Origin: an uncultured Acidimicrobiaceae bacterium
GTDB lineage: Bacteria; Actinomycetota; Acidimicrobiia; Acidimicrobiales; Bog-793
NCBI GenBank assembly: GCA_963804265.1
Contig: CAWDPZ010000011.1
Location: 2,242-66,241 of the forward strand
Direction of reading: 5' to 3'
Length of the DNA stretch: 64,000 bases
A program made the translations under genes and the position numbers. The notes beneath the pieces were generated by a model. That model was not told the DNA's origin. It did no database searches and saw only the letters and a list, made by a program, of their open reading frames with translations. Position 1 is the stretch's first letter. Every line of letters begins with the position of its first letter. Positions 9,912-20,447 of the stretch are shown piece by piece.

Positions 9912-10820
9912 CAGGCCGACAGCCCGACCACGTCCCGGACCTCGAGCGGCAGGCCCGCCACAGCCCGTCCCGCGACCGCCACCGCCGGCCCCGGCGCGGT
10001 AGCGGTCGCCAGCGCCGGGCCGGCCTGAGCCGGGTCTCCCGCCAAAGCTCGGGCAGTAGGCCTGGAAGGCGCAGTAGCGGCACAGCCCGGAGGGGTTCGG
10101 CCGGAAATCGTCCTGACTGCATGCCCTTTCGATGGCGGCCCAGACGCCGAGCGCACGCTGGCGGGTGCCCCGCATGGCCTGATCGGTGGGCGACGCGGAG
10201 ATGACGACACGGTCCCGGAGATAGATGAGGCGGACAGCCGCCGGCCTCCGGCCGAGCTCGGCTTCGCACATGAGGGCGTACATCTGGACGCCGCCGAGGC
10301 GCGATCTCGACTGCTCGTGGCGGGGGGCCCGGCCGGTCTTGTAGTCGACGACGACAAGGTTGCCGTCGTCCAGCTCGTCGAGGCGGTCGATTATCCCGCG
10401 GACGGTGACACCGTCGATGTCCGTGCTCAGGCTCATCTCGAGGCCAACGGCCCTGACGGCATCGGGGTCCTCGAGCTCGAAGTAGCGGTCCACCAGCTCT
10501 CGGGCATCGGCGAGGAAGGCGGCGCCCGCGGCCTCGTCGAGCCCGAGCCCGGCGAGCTCGTCCCCGTCCTGCAGCTCCTGCCAGGCACGCTCGAGGCTCG
10601 CCTGTGCGGCTGTCCTGCTCCTCGAGCCGTTTGCGTGCTCGGCGAAGAGAAGCTCGAGCGCCCGATGGACGAGCGTGCCCTTCAGGGCGGCCGGCGAAGG
10701 CGGCTCCGGCAGGTGCTCGACGACCGAGAAGCGGAACGCCAGCGGGCAATTCGTGAAGGCGGTGATCTTCGACGGCGAAAGGGTGCTCGGCAATTCCAGT
10801 TCGGTCGCTGTGGGGGCCAT
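9911..10820 (-). CDS. PD-(D/E)XK RecB/Cas4-like nuclease family protein, frame broken near 10036
   Basis: SPSKITAFTNCPLAFRF, GIIDRLD...VVDYKTG and a C-terminal Cys cluster (CRYCAFQAYCP) are present. After FGG the conserved reading continues in ORF 9911..10357, which stops at 9911-9913. Confidence 0.7.
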
Positions 10821-10830
10821 TGCGGCCAGG

Positions 10831-11679
10831 CTACGCCGGGGGTGGGTCAAGAGCCCGGATCACCGACTCGGCGACGACGGCGGGATGAACGAGCGGACCG
10901 AAATGGCCGAGCCCCTCGAGCACCTCCAGGCGCCCGAGAACGAGACGGTCCACCAAGAGCTCGAGGACGGCGGGCGTGAAGTCGTAGCTGGCGGCCCCGC
11001 CCGCCACAACGACGGGACATGCGATCTCCCCAAGGCGCGAGAAACCAGGGTGGCGGAAGCCGTTCTCGTATATCCGCGCCTCGTTCTCGCCCCTGCACAG
11101 GAGACGGACGGTGCCGTCGGGCAGGTCCTCGAATCCGAACTCGACGTAGGCGGCCAGGACCTCCGGGTCGAATGTCGAAAGGGGCGCCTTGGAGGAGTAG
11201 TTCGCATAGGCCTCCTCGCGGGAGCCGAAGACTTCACGCCGCTGTCTCGCCCCTTTGGCGAGCGGCTCGTACACCTCACGCGGCGGCGGGTCGGCGGACG
11301 GGAACACGACCGGCTCGAAGCAGTAGAGGCTCGAGAAGGTGCCCGGACGGGCCTGCTCGGCGAGAAGCAGTGCGGCACCCCCGCACGAGTGGCCGATGCC
11401 GACCGGAGCCTCGAGCCCGAGGGCGTCCACCGCCGCGAGGACGTCTCTCCCGAAGCCGACCCAGTCGAAGTCCAAGCCCGCGGGCACCCCTGACTCCCCC
11501 TGCCCACGAAGGTCCGGAGCGATGCAGCGCAGGCGGTCTCGCAGGCTTCGTGCCAGCGGGACGAAGACCCGCCCGTGAAAGCCAGTGGCGTGCACGAGCA
11601 GGGCCGGTGGTCCCTCACCGCCGAGATCGTGCACGGCCACGCTGACGCCGTCGGAGGTCGTCGCTCGAATTGGCGGCAT
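10831..11679 (-). CDS. Alpha/beta-fold hydrolase
   Basis: Has the nucleophile elbow GIGHSCGG, HATGFHG near the N-terminus and a C-terminal GLGHFGP. The ORF is intact. Confidence 0.8.
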   Translation of the reverse strand: MPPIRATTSDGVSVAVHDLGGEGPPALLVHATGFHGRVFVPLARSLRDRLRCIAPDLRGQGESGVPAGLDFDWVGFGRDVLAAVDALGLEAPVGIGHSCGGAALLLAEQARPGTFSSLYCFEPVVFPSADPPPREVYEPLAKGARQRREVFGSREEAYANYSSKAPLSTFDPEVLAAYVEFGFEDLPDGTVRLLCRGENEARIYENGFRHPGFSRLGEIACPVVVAGGAASYDFTPAVLELLVDRLVLGRLEVLEGLGHFGPLVHPAVVAESVIRALDPPPA

Positions 11680-11756
11680 CGCCGGAGAACCCTAACGGCT
11701 CGCTCTCGCCTCGGTGATGGCACTTGCGGTGCCCGAACGGCTAGAAATATCCAACC

Positions 11757-12362
11757 GTGCAGCACTTCCTCTCCTCCTGGGGCTACCTCGCGCTCGTCCT
11801 TTTGACTTTCGCCGAAGCTGCCTGTGTGCCCATACCCTCCGAGGTGACGCTCGGCTACGCCGGTTACCTGGCTTCGACGGGCCGGCTCGACATAGCTCTC
11901 GTGATCGTGCTCGCCGTCATAGGCGAGTTCCTGGGGTCCTTCGTGGGGTGGTCGATCGGCCGCTTCGGGGGCCGTCCCCTCGTGGAGAAGTTCGGTCGCT
12001 ACGTCCTTTTGACGCACGCCGACCTGGACAGGACAGAACGTTGGTTCCGAAAGCGCGGCGAGCCGGCGGTGTTCTTCGGGCGCATCCTGCCGGTGGTACG
12101 CACCTTCATCTCCATCCCGGCCGGGCTCGCCGAGATGGGCCTGGTGCGCTTCGGGGTGGCCACGGCAGCCGGCAGCGCCATCTGGTGCACGGCGATCGCC
12201 CTCGTCGGATACGAGCTGGGCGGGACGTGGAGCAAGATCACCAAGGGCTTCAGTGCCGCGGGCTACGTGCTTGTCGCCGTCGCCGTCGTCGTCGTAGCCG
12301 TCTTCATCGTCCACCGCTACTCGGTCGTGCGCCGCGAGCGCGAGGCCGCCGCCCGGCGCTAG
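11757..12362 (+). CDS. DedA-family membrane protein
   Basis: SWGYLALVLLTFAEAACVPIPSEV, GRILPVVRTFISIPAG. Confidence 0.85.
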   Translation: MQHFLSSWGYLALVLLTFAEAACVPIPSEVTLGYAGYLASTGRLDIALVIVLAVIGEFLGSFVGWSIGRFGGRPLVEKFGRYVLLTHADLDRTERWFRKRGEPAVFFGRILPVVRTFISIPAGLAEMGLVRFGVATAAGSAIWCTAIALVGYELGGTWSKITKGFSAAGYVLVAVAVVVVAVFIVHRYSVVRREREAAARR

Positions 12363-12384
12363 TCCGAGCCGGCCTGGAGTCCGT

Positions 12385-13458
12385 TCAGCCCTTGGGGCAG
12401 CGGGCGGTCGAGGCCTGGCCCGAGTTCGGGCTGACTTCGAGGCAGGACTCGTCGACGGCGACGAAGTCCTTGGCGGGGATCTCCTTCATCAGCTCTACGA
12501 GCCCGATCGGCCACTGGGGGAAGGCGCTCCCCTGGAAGTACCAGTCGCTGCCGTTGTCGGCGAGGATCAGCCCGTAGTGCTGCATGGCGGTTATGACTAC
12601 GGCCAACTGGGCGCAGTAAGGCGTGCCGGCCCTGCAGATGCGTGATGCGCTGAAGCCGGCGCTGAGCCGAAAGCGCGCTCCCATCGGCGGATAGGAGGCA
12701 CCGCACGAGCCCGCTTCGTGGCGCGCCGGCCAGATATAGGCGGAGTCGGTGCACTCGGTGGTGAAACGGATGGCGTGGTCGACCTTGCCGGAGAGCACCT
12801 CTTGGTACTTGAGCAGGCCGGGCGTGATCGGCAGTCCTGCCGCGTCAGCCGAGGTCCACGTCGCCGGGCGCAGCGCGTCCGAGCTCAGGTGCCAGATGGC
12901 GCCCGAGCCGGCGGTCGACCTGGTCCGCGAGACGTACTGGGCGTCGTACAGCTCGTAGAGGACGCAGGTGGCCGGGTCGACCATGAGGGCGTGCCGGTCT
13001 CCCGAGGCGTTCTTCCCGCCCTCGATGGGGGTGCTGGCGCTGAACGGGTAAGGGCCCGGGTCGCTCTCGGAGCCGTACAGGAACCTGATGTGGATGAAGG
13101 GCTGGGCCTTCGGGTTGACGACCGTCCAGGGGATCCCGTAGGGGTAGCCGCCGTAGTCGGGCCCGAAGTCGGGGTGCAGGTACGTCGCGGGGGTGCCCAT
13201 GTGGGCCATCCACGTCGAGCTCAACTTGTTGACCGGGAGATTGGATATGTCGGTGTTCCAGACATTGTCCGCTGGGAACATCTCGCACTTCGGGGCGCCG
13301 GGCACGATCGGGCCTCGGGGCGTCACCCTGGCCGAGGCGGCGACCGCCGCGCTCGGGCCGGTGGTGAACGGGATCGCCGCGAGCAGCATGGCGGGAACCG
13401 CGAGCGTCGCGATCCATCCGAGGCGCCCGGCGCGGCGCGACAGATGCCAGGTCTCCAT
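12385..13458 (-). CDS. Secreted conserved hypothetical protein
   Basis: It has a signal-peptide-like N-terminus (LGWIATLAVPAMLLAA), several Cys pairs and an intact 357-aa ORF. I did not recognise a family. Confidence 0.6.
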   Translation of the reverse strand: METWHLSRRAGRLGWIATLAVPAMLLAAIPFTTGPSAAVAASARVTPRGPIVPGAPKCEMFPADNVWNTDISNLPVNKLSSTWMAHMGTPATYLHPDFGPDYGGYPYGIPWTVVNPKAQPFIHIRFLYGSESDPGPYPFSASTPIEGGKNASGDRHALMVDPATCVLYELYDAQYVSRTRSTAGSGAIWHLSSDALRPATWTSADAAGLPITPGLLKYQEVLSGKVDHAIRFTTECTDSAYIWPARHEAGSCGASYPPMGARFRLSAGFSASRICRAGTPYCAQLAVVITAMQHYGLILADNGSDWYFQGSAFPQWPIGLVELMKEIPAKDFVAVDESCLEVSPNSGQASTARCPKG

Positions 13459-13551
13459 GTCCGGATTATCGGCGTCTTCTTTCGGGGGGTTGAGGGCATT
13501 TCTTGCGGGGCACGGTGCCAGGCCCTACGGTCGCCGACGAGGAGGGATGCG

Positions 13552-14349
13552 TTGACGCAAGAATTCGAGAGACCGGCCCAGCCAGCAGATCAGCCTCTCG
13601 GCCAGCTCCTCGAGGAGGCGGTCGAGCTCGCGCGGCGCGCCGGCGAGCTCACCCTCGGGTACTTCCGCTCGTCGAGCCTCGACATCGAGAAGAAGAGAGA
13701 CGGGACGCCGGTGACCCTCGCCGATCGCCGGGCAGAGCGGCTCATCCGTGAGGAGCTCGAGCTGCGCCACCCCGGCGACGGCATCGTCGGGGAGGAGGAG
13801 GGGGTCAAGACGAGCGAGACCGGTCGGCGATGGTTCGTCGACCCGATCGACGGGACGCTCGCGTTCACCCACGGAGTCGGGCTCTACGTCAACCTCCTCG
13901 CGATGGAGGACGAGGAGGGCATCGCTCTCGGGGTCATCAACGCGCCCGCGCTCGGCGAGACCGTCTACGCGGCCAGGGGCCTGGGCTGCTGGTGGAACGG
14001 CACCCGCGCGCACGTGAGCGAACGGGGGGAGCTGGCGGGAAGCTATCTGTCCACGAGCGCTTTCGACAACTGGGACGAGAACGCCATGGTTGCCCTGAAA
14101 AGAGCCGGCGTCCAGCTGCGGACCTGGGCCGACGGCTACGGCTACGCCCTCGTGGCCACCGGCAGGGTCGACGCCATGACCGACATGGAGGCCGAGACCT
14201 ACGATGTCGCTCCGATGCCCGTGATCCTCTCGGAGGCAGGTGGGCGCTTCACCGACCTGCGGGGTGCGCCGCGCTACGACGGCGGCTCCGCCCTCGCCAG
14301 CAACGGGCACCTGCATGAGGCCTTCTTGAGTCTGCTGGTGAGATCTTGA
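13552..14349 (+). CDS. Inositol-monophosphatase-family protein (HisN-like histidinol-phosphatase candidate)
   Basis: TTG at 13552 is preceded by GGAGGG. Motifs are [14 protein letters not shown] and a downstream [13 protein letters not shown]. The upstream 270 codons of ORF 12718..14349 are antisense to the previous gene. Confidence 0.7.
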   Translation: MTQEFERPAQPADQPLGQLLEEAVELARRAGELTLGYFRSSSLDIEKKRDGTPVTLADRRAERLIREELELRHPGDGIVGEEEGVKTSETGRRWFVDPIDGTLAFTHGVGLYVNLLAMEDEEGIALGVINAPALGETVYAARGLGCWWNGTRAHVSERGELAGSYLSTSAFDNWDENAMVALKRAGVQLRTWADGYGYALVATGRVDAMTDMEAETYDVAPMPVILSEAGGRFTDLRGAPRYDGGSALASNGHLHEAFLSLLVRS

Positions 14350-16061
14350 CCGCCGGAGCGCGCGTCGTGCGAGCACCTCGTGGCGCGCAACGTTCCTGCC
14401 GGGGCTGGCCGCAGGAAGCAGCCCTGCGCATGTTGATGAACAACCTCGATCCCGACGTGGCCGAGCACCCTGACAGCCTCGTCGTCTACGGGGGCACGGG
14501 CCGGGCGGCGAGGTCATGGGACGCCTTCGAGGCCATCTGCCGCGAGCTCGCGAACCTCGGAGACGACGAGACCCTGCTCGTGCAGTCCGGCAAGCCGGTC
14601 GGAGTGGTGCGGACCCACGAGTGGGCGCCCCGCGTGCTCATCGCAAACTCCAACCTCGTGCCCGAGTGGGCGACGTGGGAGGAGTTCCGCCGGCTCGAGC
14701 ATCTCGGCCTCACCATGTACGGCCAGATGACGGCCGGTTCCTGGATCTACATCGGGAGCCAGGGCATCTTGCAGGGGACCTACGAGACCTTCGCAGCCGT
14801 CGCCCGCAAGCGTTTCGGGGGCTCTCTCCTCGGCACCTTGACACTCACGGCGGGACTGGGCGGGATGGGCGGCGCACAGCCTCTCGCCGTCACGATGAAC
14901 GGCGGCGTCGCTCTTTGCGTCGAGTGCGACGCGTCGCGCGTCCGGCGTCGCGTCGAGAGCCGCTACCTGGATGTGATGGCCGCTGACCTCGAGGACGCCC
15001 TGCGGCGTGCCGCCGAGGCCAAGGCGGCCCGCCGCCCGTTGTCGATCGGCCTCGAGGCCAACGCGGCCGACGTCGTTCCGAGGATGCTCTCCATGGGGCT
15101 GGAAGTCGACATCGTGACAGACCAGACATCCGCCCACGACCCCCTCGCCTATCTCCCCCTAGGCGTGCCGTTCGAGGACTGGGCCTTCCAGCGTGAGCGA
15201 GATCCAAAAGGCTTCACGGACCGTGCGCGGGCTTCGATGGCCGCTCACGTCGAGGCGATGGTCGGCTTCCTGGACGCCGGGGCGGAGGTCTTCGACTACG
15301 GGAACTCGATTCGCGCCGAGGCTCGCCTCGGCGGCTACGAGCGCGCCTTTGCCTTTCCCGGCTTCGTGCCCGCCTATATCAGGCCGTTGTTCTGCGAAGG
15401 AAAGGGCCCGTTTCGCTGGGCGGCGCTGTCCGGCGATCCGCGGGACATCGAGGCGACGGATCTGGCAATGCTCCGGATGTTCCCCGAGAACGAGTCCATG
15501 TCGCGTTGGATCCGCATGGCATCCGAACGGGTCGCGTTCCAGGGGCTCCCGGCCCGCATCTGCTGGCTCGGGCACGGCGAGCGCGACAGGGCCGGCCTCG
15601 AGTTCAATTCCATGGTCGCCGCCGGCGAGCTCGCGGCGCCGATCGTCATCGGCAGGGACCACCTCGACTCCGGGTCGGTGGCCTCGCCCTACCGGGAGAC
15701 CGAGGCCATGGCCGACGGCTCGGACGCGATCGCCGACTGGCCCTTGCTGAACGCGCTCGTGAACGCCTCCTCCGGCGCGTCGTGGGTCTCCATCCACCAC
15801 GGAGGTGGAGTCGGCATAGGCCGGTCCATCCACGCCGGCCAGGTCAGCGTCGCCGACGGCAGCGTGCTCGCCGCGCAAAAGCTCGAGCGAGTGCTGGCGA
15901 ACGACCCGCTCACAGGCGTGTTCCGTCATGTCGACGCCGGCTATCCCGAGGCGGTCCGTCATGCCGAGTCCCACGGGGTCGCCATCCCGATGGCCCAGGC
16001 GGGCGCGACGGCCCAGGAGGTCACGGGTGCCGAGCCCACAAACCCTGGAGGATCCGCGTGA
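14346..16061 (+). CDS. hutU: Urocanate hydratase
   Basis: [60 protein letters not shown] and HHGGGVGIG are all present. The ORF is intact. Confidence 0.92.
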   Translation: MTAGARVVRAPRGAQRSCRGWPQEAALRMLMNNLDPDVAEHPDSLVVYGGTGRAARSWDAFEAICRELANLGDDETLLVQSGKPVGVVRTHEWAPRVLIANSNLVPEWATWEEFRRLEHLGLTMYGQMTAGSWIYIGSQGILQGTYETFAAVARKRFGGSLLGTLTLTAGLGGMGGAQPLAVTMNGGVALCVECDASRVRRRVESRYLDVMAADLEDALRRAAEAKAARRPLSIGLEANAADVVPRMLSMGLEVDIVTDQTSAHDPLAYLPLGVPFEDWAFQRERDPKGFTDRARASMAAHVEAMVGFLDAGAEVFDYGNSIRAEARLGGYERAFAFPGFVPAYIRPLFCEGKGPFRWAALSGDPRDIEATDLAMLRMFPENESMSRWIRMASERVAFQGLPARICWLGHGERDRAGLEFNSMVAAGELAAPIVIGRDHLDSGSVASPYRETEAMADGSDAIADWPLLNALVNASSGASWVSIHHGGGVGIGRSIHAGQVSVADGSVLAAQKLERVLANDPLTGVFRHVDAGYPEAVRHAESHGVAIPMAQAGATAQEVTGAEPTNPGGSA

Positions 16062-17509
16062 GCTGGTTCGAATGCGTCCCCAACTTCTCCGAAGGCCGCG
16101 ACGAGGCCAAGATCGGTCTCATCGTGGCGGCGGGAGCCGACAGCCCGGGCGTGACCGTGCTCGACGCGGAGCAGAACTCGGATCACAACCGGTGCGTTGT
16201 CACCCTCGTCGGCGGGGGAGGGGACATCGTCGACGCCGTGTTTCACATGATGCAGGTAGCGACGGGTGTCATCGATCTCACCAGCCACCAAGGCGAGCAC
16301 CCTCGCATGGGCGCGACAGACGTGGTCCCTTTCGTGGCTTTGGGCGAAGCCACGACTGAACAGGCCGTCGAGCTGGCCGTCGCCCTTGGCAGGAGGGTGT
16401 GGGAGGAACTCGGTATTCCCGTCTACCTCTACGGCGATGCCGCCCGCGTGCCCGAACGCCGGGACCTGGCCAAAGTGCGCGCCGGGCAGTTCGAGGCGAT
16501 CCGCGACACCATCGCCACGGACCCGGCGCGGCTGCCTGACATCGGCGAGCCGAGGGTGCACCCGACCGCGGGCGTGGTCGCAATCGGGGCGCGGCCGCTG
16601 CTCATCGCCTACAACGCCTACCTGACCACGGCGGACGTGGCCGTGGCCAAGAAGGTGGCGAAAGCCGTCCGCGCCCGCGACGGCGGCCTCGCCGAGGTGA
16701 AAGCGCTCGGGTTCGACATCCGCGAGCGCCAGCAGGCGCAGGTCTCGATGAACCTGACCGACTACCGCAGGACCCCGATCCACCGGGCGCTCGAGGCGGT
16801 GCGGCGCGAGGCGGCCCGCTTCGGAGCCCAGGTGGAGGAGACCGAGGTCGTCGGCCTCGTGCCCGAGGACGCCTTGTTCGACGCCGCCGAGTACTACCTG
16901 CAGCTGAACAGCTTCGACCGCAGCACCGTCCTCGAGCGCAAGGTCCGCGGCTCGCAGCAGGCGCCGGAGTCGCTGGCCGAGTTCACCGCCGCCCTTGCGG
17001 CGCGTACCCCGACGCCCGGCGGGGGGAGCGCCGCCGCCGCCTCCGGTGCCATGGGAGCCGCGCTCGGCGAGATGGTGACCGCGTACTCGGCCAGTGCCGA
17101 CGATCCGGCGACCACCGAAGCCCGGGGACGTTTCGCGGCGGCCCGGGGCCGGTTCCTCGAGCTGGTGGGGGAGGACTCGCGGGCCTACGCCGACACCGTC
17201 GTCGCGCGCCGGGCGGCGAGGAGCGAGCCCGGGCCGGAGGCCGAGCGGGCCTGGACCGCCGCCATCCGGCATGCGGCGGACGTGCCTTTGGAGACGGCGC
17301 GGCTGGCATGGACCTGCGCGGGCGAGCTCGAGGCTATGGCCGAGGTGGTGAGGCCGTACATGAAGAGCGACTGGACCGTCGCCCTCGCCCTTTTGAGCAC
17401 GGCACTCCAGGGCGCCCTCGCCAACGTGAACATCAACCTCGACGAGCTCCACGATCGCGGGGCCGCGGTCGGCGACATCGAGGCGGCGGTTCGCGAGCTG
17501 GCCCGCTGA
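16058..17509 (+). CDS. ftcD: Bifunctional glutamate formimidoyltransferase / formimidoyl-THF cyclodeaminase
   Basis: GTG at 16058 overlaps the hutU stop (GTGA). The N-terminus [12 protein letters not shown] is the formiminotransferase signature. The C-terminal ~190 aa ([20 protein letters not shown]...) is a cyclodeaminase domain. Confidence 0.85.
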   Translation: MSWFECVPNFSEGRDEAKIGLIVAAGADSPGVTVLDAEQNSDHNRCVVTLVGGGGDIVDAVFHMMQVATGVIDLTSHQGEHPRMGATDVVPFVALGEATTEQAVELAVALGRRVWEELGIPVYLYGDAARVPERRDLAKVRAGQFEAIRDTIATDPARLPDIGEPRVHPTAGVVAIGARPLLIAYNAYLTTADVAVAKKVAKAVRARDGGLAEVKALGFDIRERQQAQVSMNLTDYRRTPIHRALEAVRREAARFGAQVEETEVVGLVPEDALFDAAEYYLQLNSFDRSTVLERKVRGSQQAPESLAEFTAALAARTPTPGGGSAAAASGAMGAALGEMVTAYSASADDPATTEARGRFAAARGRFLELVGEDSRAYADTVVARRAARSEPGPEAERAWTAAIRHAADVPLETARLAWTCAGELEAMAEVVRPYMKSDWTVALALLSTALQGALANVNINLDELHDRGAAVGDIEAAVRELAR

Positions 17510-17519
17510 GGCGAGAAGG

Positions 17520-18761
17520 GTGAGACCGCCTGCAGGCTCGTTGCTCGTCAGCAGGATCGGGCTGCTCGTGACCAACCGGCCCGAGCTCGGCCCGGGCATG
17601 CTCGGCCTGCTCCGCAACGTCGACCTCGTGGTCGACAACGGCACCGTGGCCTGGATCGGACCGACGGGGACTGCGCCCGCAGCCGACGAGGTCCTCGACG
17701 CGGCCGGCCGGTGCGTGATCCCGGGCTTCGTCGACTCTCACACCCATCTCGTCTTCGCCGGCGACCGCGTCGAGGAGTTCACGGCGAGGATGGCGGGGGA
17801 GCGCTACGCGGCCGGCGGGATACTCTCCACGGTCTCGGCCACCCGCGCGGCCTCGCAGGCATCTCTCGGCGAGACGGCCTCGCGGCTGGCGGGAGAAGCC
17901 GAAGCTCAGGGCACGACGACGCTCGAGACGAAGTCGGGCTACGGCCTCACGGTCGAGGACGAGGCGCGATGTCTCGAGGTGGCGGGGACAACGGTGGAAG
18001 AGGTCACCTATCTCGGCGCTCATGTCGTGGCGCCCGAGTACCAGGGGAGGGAGGACGAATACGTCGCCCTCGTCACCGGCCCCATGCTCGACGCCTGCGC
18101 CCCGAAGGCGGCCTGGTGTGACGTCTTCTGCGAAGCCGGTGCCTTCGGTGCCGACGCCGCCAGAGAGATCCTCCAGGCCGGGCTGAGGCGGGGACTCGGG
18201 CTGCGGGTGCATGCCAACCAGCTCTCGTTCGGCCCTGGCGTCCGCCTCGCGGTCGAGATGGGTGCCGCCTCGGCCGACCATTGCACCCACCTCGACAGGG
18301 CCGACGTCGAGGCCCTCGCCGCCTCCGCGACGGTGGCGACCCTGTTGCCCGCGGCCGAGTTCTCCACCCGATCGCCTTACCCCGACGCGCGGAGGCTGCT
18401 CGACTCCGGAGTGACCGTTGCCCTCGCGACCGATTGCAATCCCGGGACCAGCTACACGACTTCGATGCCTTTCGTGGTGGCTCTCGCCGTCCGAGAGATG
18501 CACATGACGCCCGACGAGGCCCTTCTTGCCGCCACGGCCGGAGGGGCCCGGGCCCTCAAGCGGGCCGATCTCGGTGCGCTCGCCGTCGGGAGCCGTGGTG
18601 ACCTGGTCGTGCTCGAAGCACCGGAACCGGCCCATCTCGCCTACCGGCCCGGTGTCGACCTTGTCGCGACCGTCGTTCGTGCGGGCCGCGTGATCCACTC
18701 GAGAGGCGGCGGTTCGGGTCCCGGCCGGGTCGAATTGCCGGACCGCGCCGACGCGCCATAG
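17520..18761 (+). CDS. hutI: Imidazolonepropionase
   Basis: [25 protein letters not shown] and ATDCNPGTS motifs. Confidence 0.9.
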   Translation: MRPPAGSLLVSRIGLLVTNRPELGPGMLGLLRNVDLVVDNGTVAWIGPTGTAPAADEVLDAAGRCVIPGFVDSHTHLVFAGDRVEEFTARMAGERYAAGGILSTVSATRAASQASLGETASRLAGEAEAQGTTTLETKSGYGLTVEDEARCLEVAGTTVEEVTYLGAHVVAPEYQGREDEYVALVTGPMLDACAPKAAWCDVFCEAGAFGADAAREILQAGLRRGLGLRVHANQLSFGPGVRLAVEMGAASADHCTHLDRADVEALAASATVATLLPAAEFSTRSPYPDARRLLDSGVTVALATDCNPGTSYTTSMPFVVALAVREMHMTPDEALLAATAGGARALKRADLGALAVGSRGDLVVLEAPEPAHLAYRPGVDLVATVVRAGRVIHSRGGGSGPGRVELPDRADAP

Positions 18762-18795
18762 CTCGGGGGCGCTCCCCGCTTAAGCTGCGCGGACT

Positions 18796-19419
18796 GTGAT
18801 CGGCTCGAGAGCTCCCGTGGCCCCAACCGAGAAGCCGGCCAAGGGCGCGCACTCGCGCCGGCGGTCGAGACGACGCCTTCTCGAGTGGCTCGTCGTCGTG
18901 GCCGTCGCCGTGCTGGTGGCGGCGGGGTTGCGGGCCTTTGTGGTGCAGGCCTTCTACGTCCCCTCCGGCTCCATGCTCCCGACACTGCAGATCGGGGACC
19001 GCATCGTGGTGCTGAAGGTCGGCTACACGATCCATCGGGGCGACATCCTCGTCTTCCGCCGCACTCCGGCCGACACGTCCACGACCGACGCCGACCTCGT
19101 GAAGCGGGTGATCGGCCTGCCCGGCGAGACGATCTCGTCCCGCGGCGACACCGTGCTGATCAACGGCGCGCCGATCCAAGAGCCCTGGCTGCCTCCCTTG
19201 GGCACGCACTCGACATCGATGGGACCGGTGGACTGCTCCCAGAGCGCCTTCGACATCCCGAAGACCAAGATCCCGGCCAATCACTACTTCATGATGGGCG
19301 ACTGCCGCGGGGACTCCGCCGACAGCCGGTCGTGGGGCACCTTGCCGGCCTCCTACATCGTCGGCAAGGTCGAGGTGATCGTCTGGCGGTTCGGCCGTCC
19401 CTACTTCCACGGGTTCTGA
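18796..19419 (+). CDS. lepB: Signal peptidase I
   Basis: VPSGSMLPTL (catalytic Ser), KRVIGLPGE and GDCRGDSADSR boxes. Confidence 0.85.
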   Translation: MIGSRAPVAPTEKPAKGAHSRRRSRRRLLEWLVVVAVAVLVAAGLRAFVVQAFYVPSGSMLPTLQIGDRIVVLKVGYTIHRGDILVFRRTPADTSTTDADLVKRVIGLPGETISSRGDTVLINGAPIQEPWLPPLGTHSTSMGPVDCSQSAFDIPKTKIPANHYFMMGDCRGDSADSRSWGTLPASYIVGKVEVIVWRFGRPYFHGF

Positions 19420-19428
19420 CCTGAAGCT

Positions 19429-20145
19429 GTGAGCAGCCCGCCAACCCGGCAGAGGGCTCGTGCCGCCTCGGCCCGGCGCCGCCGCGCGCGGGCCGTGGTC
19501 CGCCGTCGCCGCCTGAGCCTGGCGCTCGTGTCGCTCGCCGTGCTGATCGTGGTCGTCAAGCTGGCATCGGGCGGGGGCACAGCGCCGAGACTGACCCCTT
19601 TGCAGGCGCGCCTCGTGACGCTCGCGACGGGCCAGATCGGCTACAGGACCGATCCCCCCGACACCTATTGCAACCGCTTCAGTGCCTACTGGCACGCGGG
19701 GGCGCTCGACTGCCCCGGCGCGAACCGGGACGAGGAGTGGTGCGCCGACTTCGCGGCCTGGGTGTGGCGCAAGGCCGGCCTCCCCTTCGTCTACGGCCAG
19801 GGCCGAGAGGACATAAACGCCGGCTCGGTCAGCTTCTACCTGTGGGGGGTCGCCCACCACTCGTGGCACCCCGTCGGGTCGGGCTACCTGCCCCATCCCG
19901 GCGACGTCGCCGTGTACGGGCTCGACCTCGGGACCTCGAGCGCCCAGCACGTGGCGGTTGTGACGAGCTTCACGCCCGGGTCGAGGGGCCCGAACGTGGT
20001 GAACGGCGACGGGGAGCGGACCGGCTTCAGCGTCGTCGAGACGGGCACGGACCAGTACCAAGCCGACCTGACGGGCAACGGCGCCGAGCTGGCCGGCTAC
20101 GTCTCGCCCCCGCCCTTGCCCGTGTCGCGGACCCAGGAGGGATGA
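19429..20145 (+). CDS. Membrane-anchored CHAP-domain (cysteine peptidase/amidase) protein
   Basis: An Arg-rich N-terminus is followed by a TM segment. The Cys motif is EEWCADFAAWVWRKAG and the His motif is PGDVAVYG...QHVAVVTS. Confidence 0.6.
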   Translation: MSSPPTRQRARAASARRRRARAVVRRRRLSLALVSLAVLIVVVKLASGGGTAPRLTPLQARLVTLATGQIGYRTDPPDTYCNRFSAYWHAGALDCPGANRDEEWCADFAAWVWRKAGLPFVYGQGREDINAGSVSFYLWGVAHHSWHPVGSGYLPHPGDVAVYGLDLGTSSAQHVAVVTSFTPGSRGPNVVNGDGERTGFSVVETGTDQYQADLTGNGAELAGYVSPPPLPVSRTQEG

Positions 20146-20195
20146 AAGGCCCAGCCACGGCCCGGGACCGGGCCCGGAGCCGTCCCTCCGGTCGT

Positions 20196-20447
20196 TCAGG
20201 CCCCGGCTTGCGGATCGCCGTCGCCGGCCAGCCCGTCCGCCAGCTCGCGCGCGGCGGCGAGAGCCTCGGCGAGCGGCCGTCCCGACAGCGCGGCGAGGTA
20301 GCAACTTATGGGCGCTGCCGTACGCTCAGATGCGTGCGCAGCTACTCCGGCGAGGTTGAGGAGGCACTCGACGTCGTCGCCTGTGACGGGCGCCAGGCCG
20401 AGTGCTGCAGCGTAGCGATCGAGCCAGCCCTGCGTATCGAGTGCCAT
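20196..20447 (-). CDS. Small DUF6457-like protein
   Basis: An 83-aa protein, MALDTQGWLDRYAAALGLAPVTGDDVECLLNLAGVAAHASERTAAP.... It resembles the small actinobacterial DUF6457 family, recalled from memory. Confidence 0.45.
   Translation of the reverse strand: MALDTQGWLDRYAAALGLAPVTGDDVECLLNLAGVAAHASERTAAPISCYLAALSGRPLAEALAAARELADGLAGDGDPQAGA

Noticed and set aside
16065-16073. GGTTCGAAT, resembling a tRNA T-loop
   Set aside because: It lies inside the ftcD start region, where it encodes W-F-E-C. No acceptor or anticodon stems flank it.
9160-20304. Many long antisense or out-of-frame ORFs (for example 9160..10749-, 10860..12314-, 15959..17644-, 17433..18698-, 18556..20304-). Elsewhere there are also 38177..39928-, 40797..41966-, 55601..57301+ and 57289..58287-.
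   Set aside because: Their products are Arg/Pro/Gly/Ala-rich with no family motifs. Each overlaps a strongly supported gene on the other strand or frame. These are typical shadow ORFs of GC-rich DNA.
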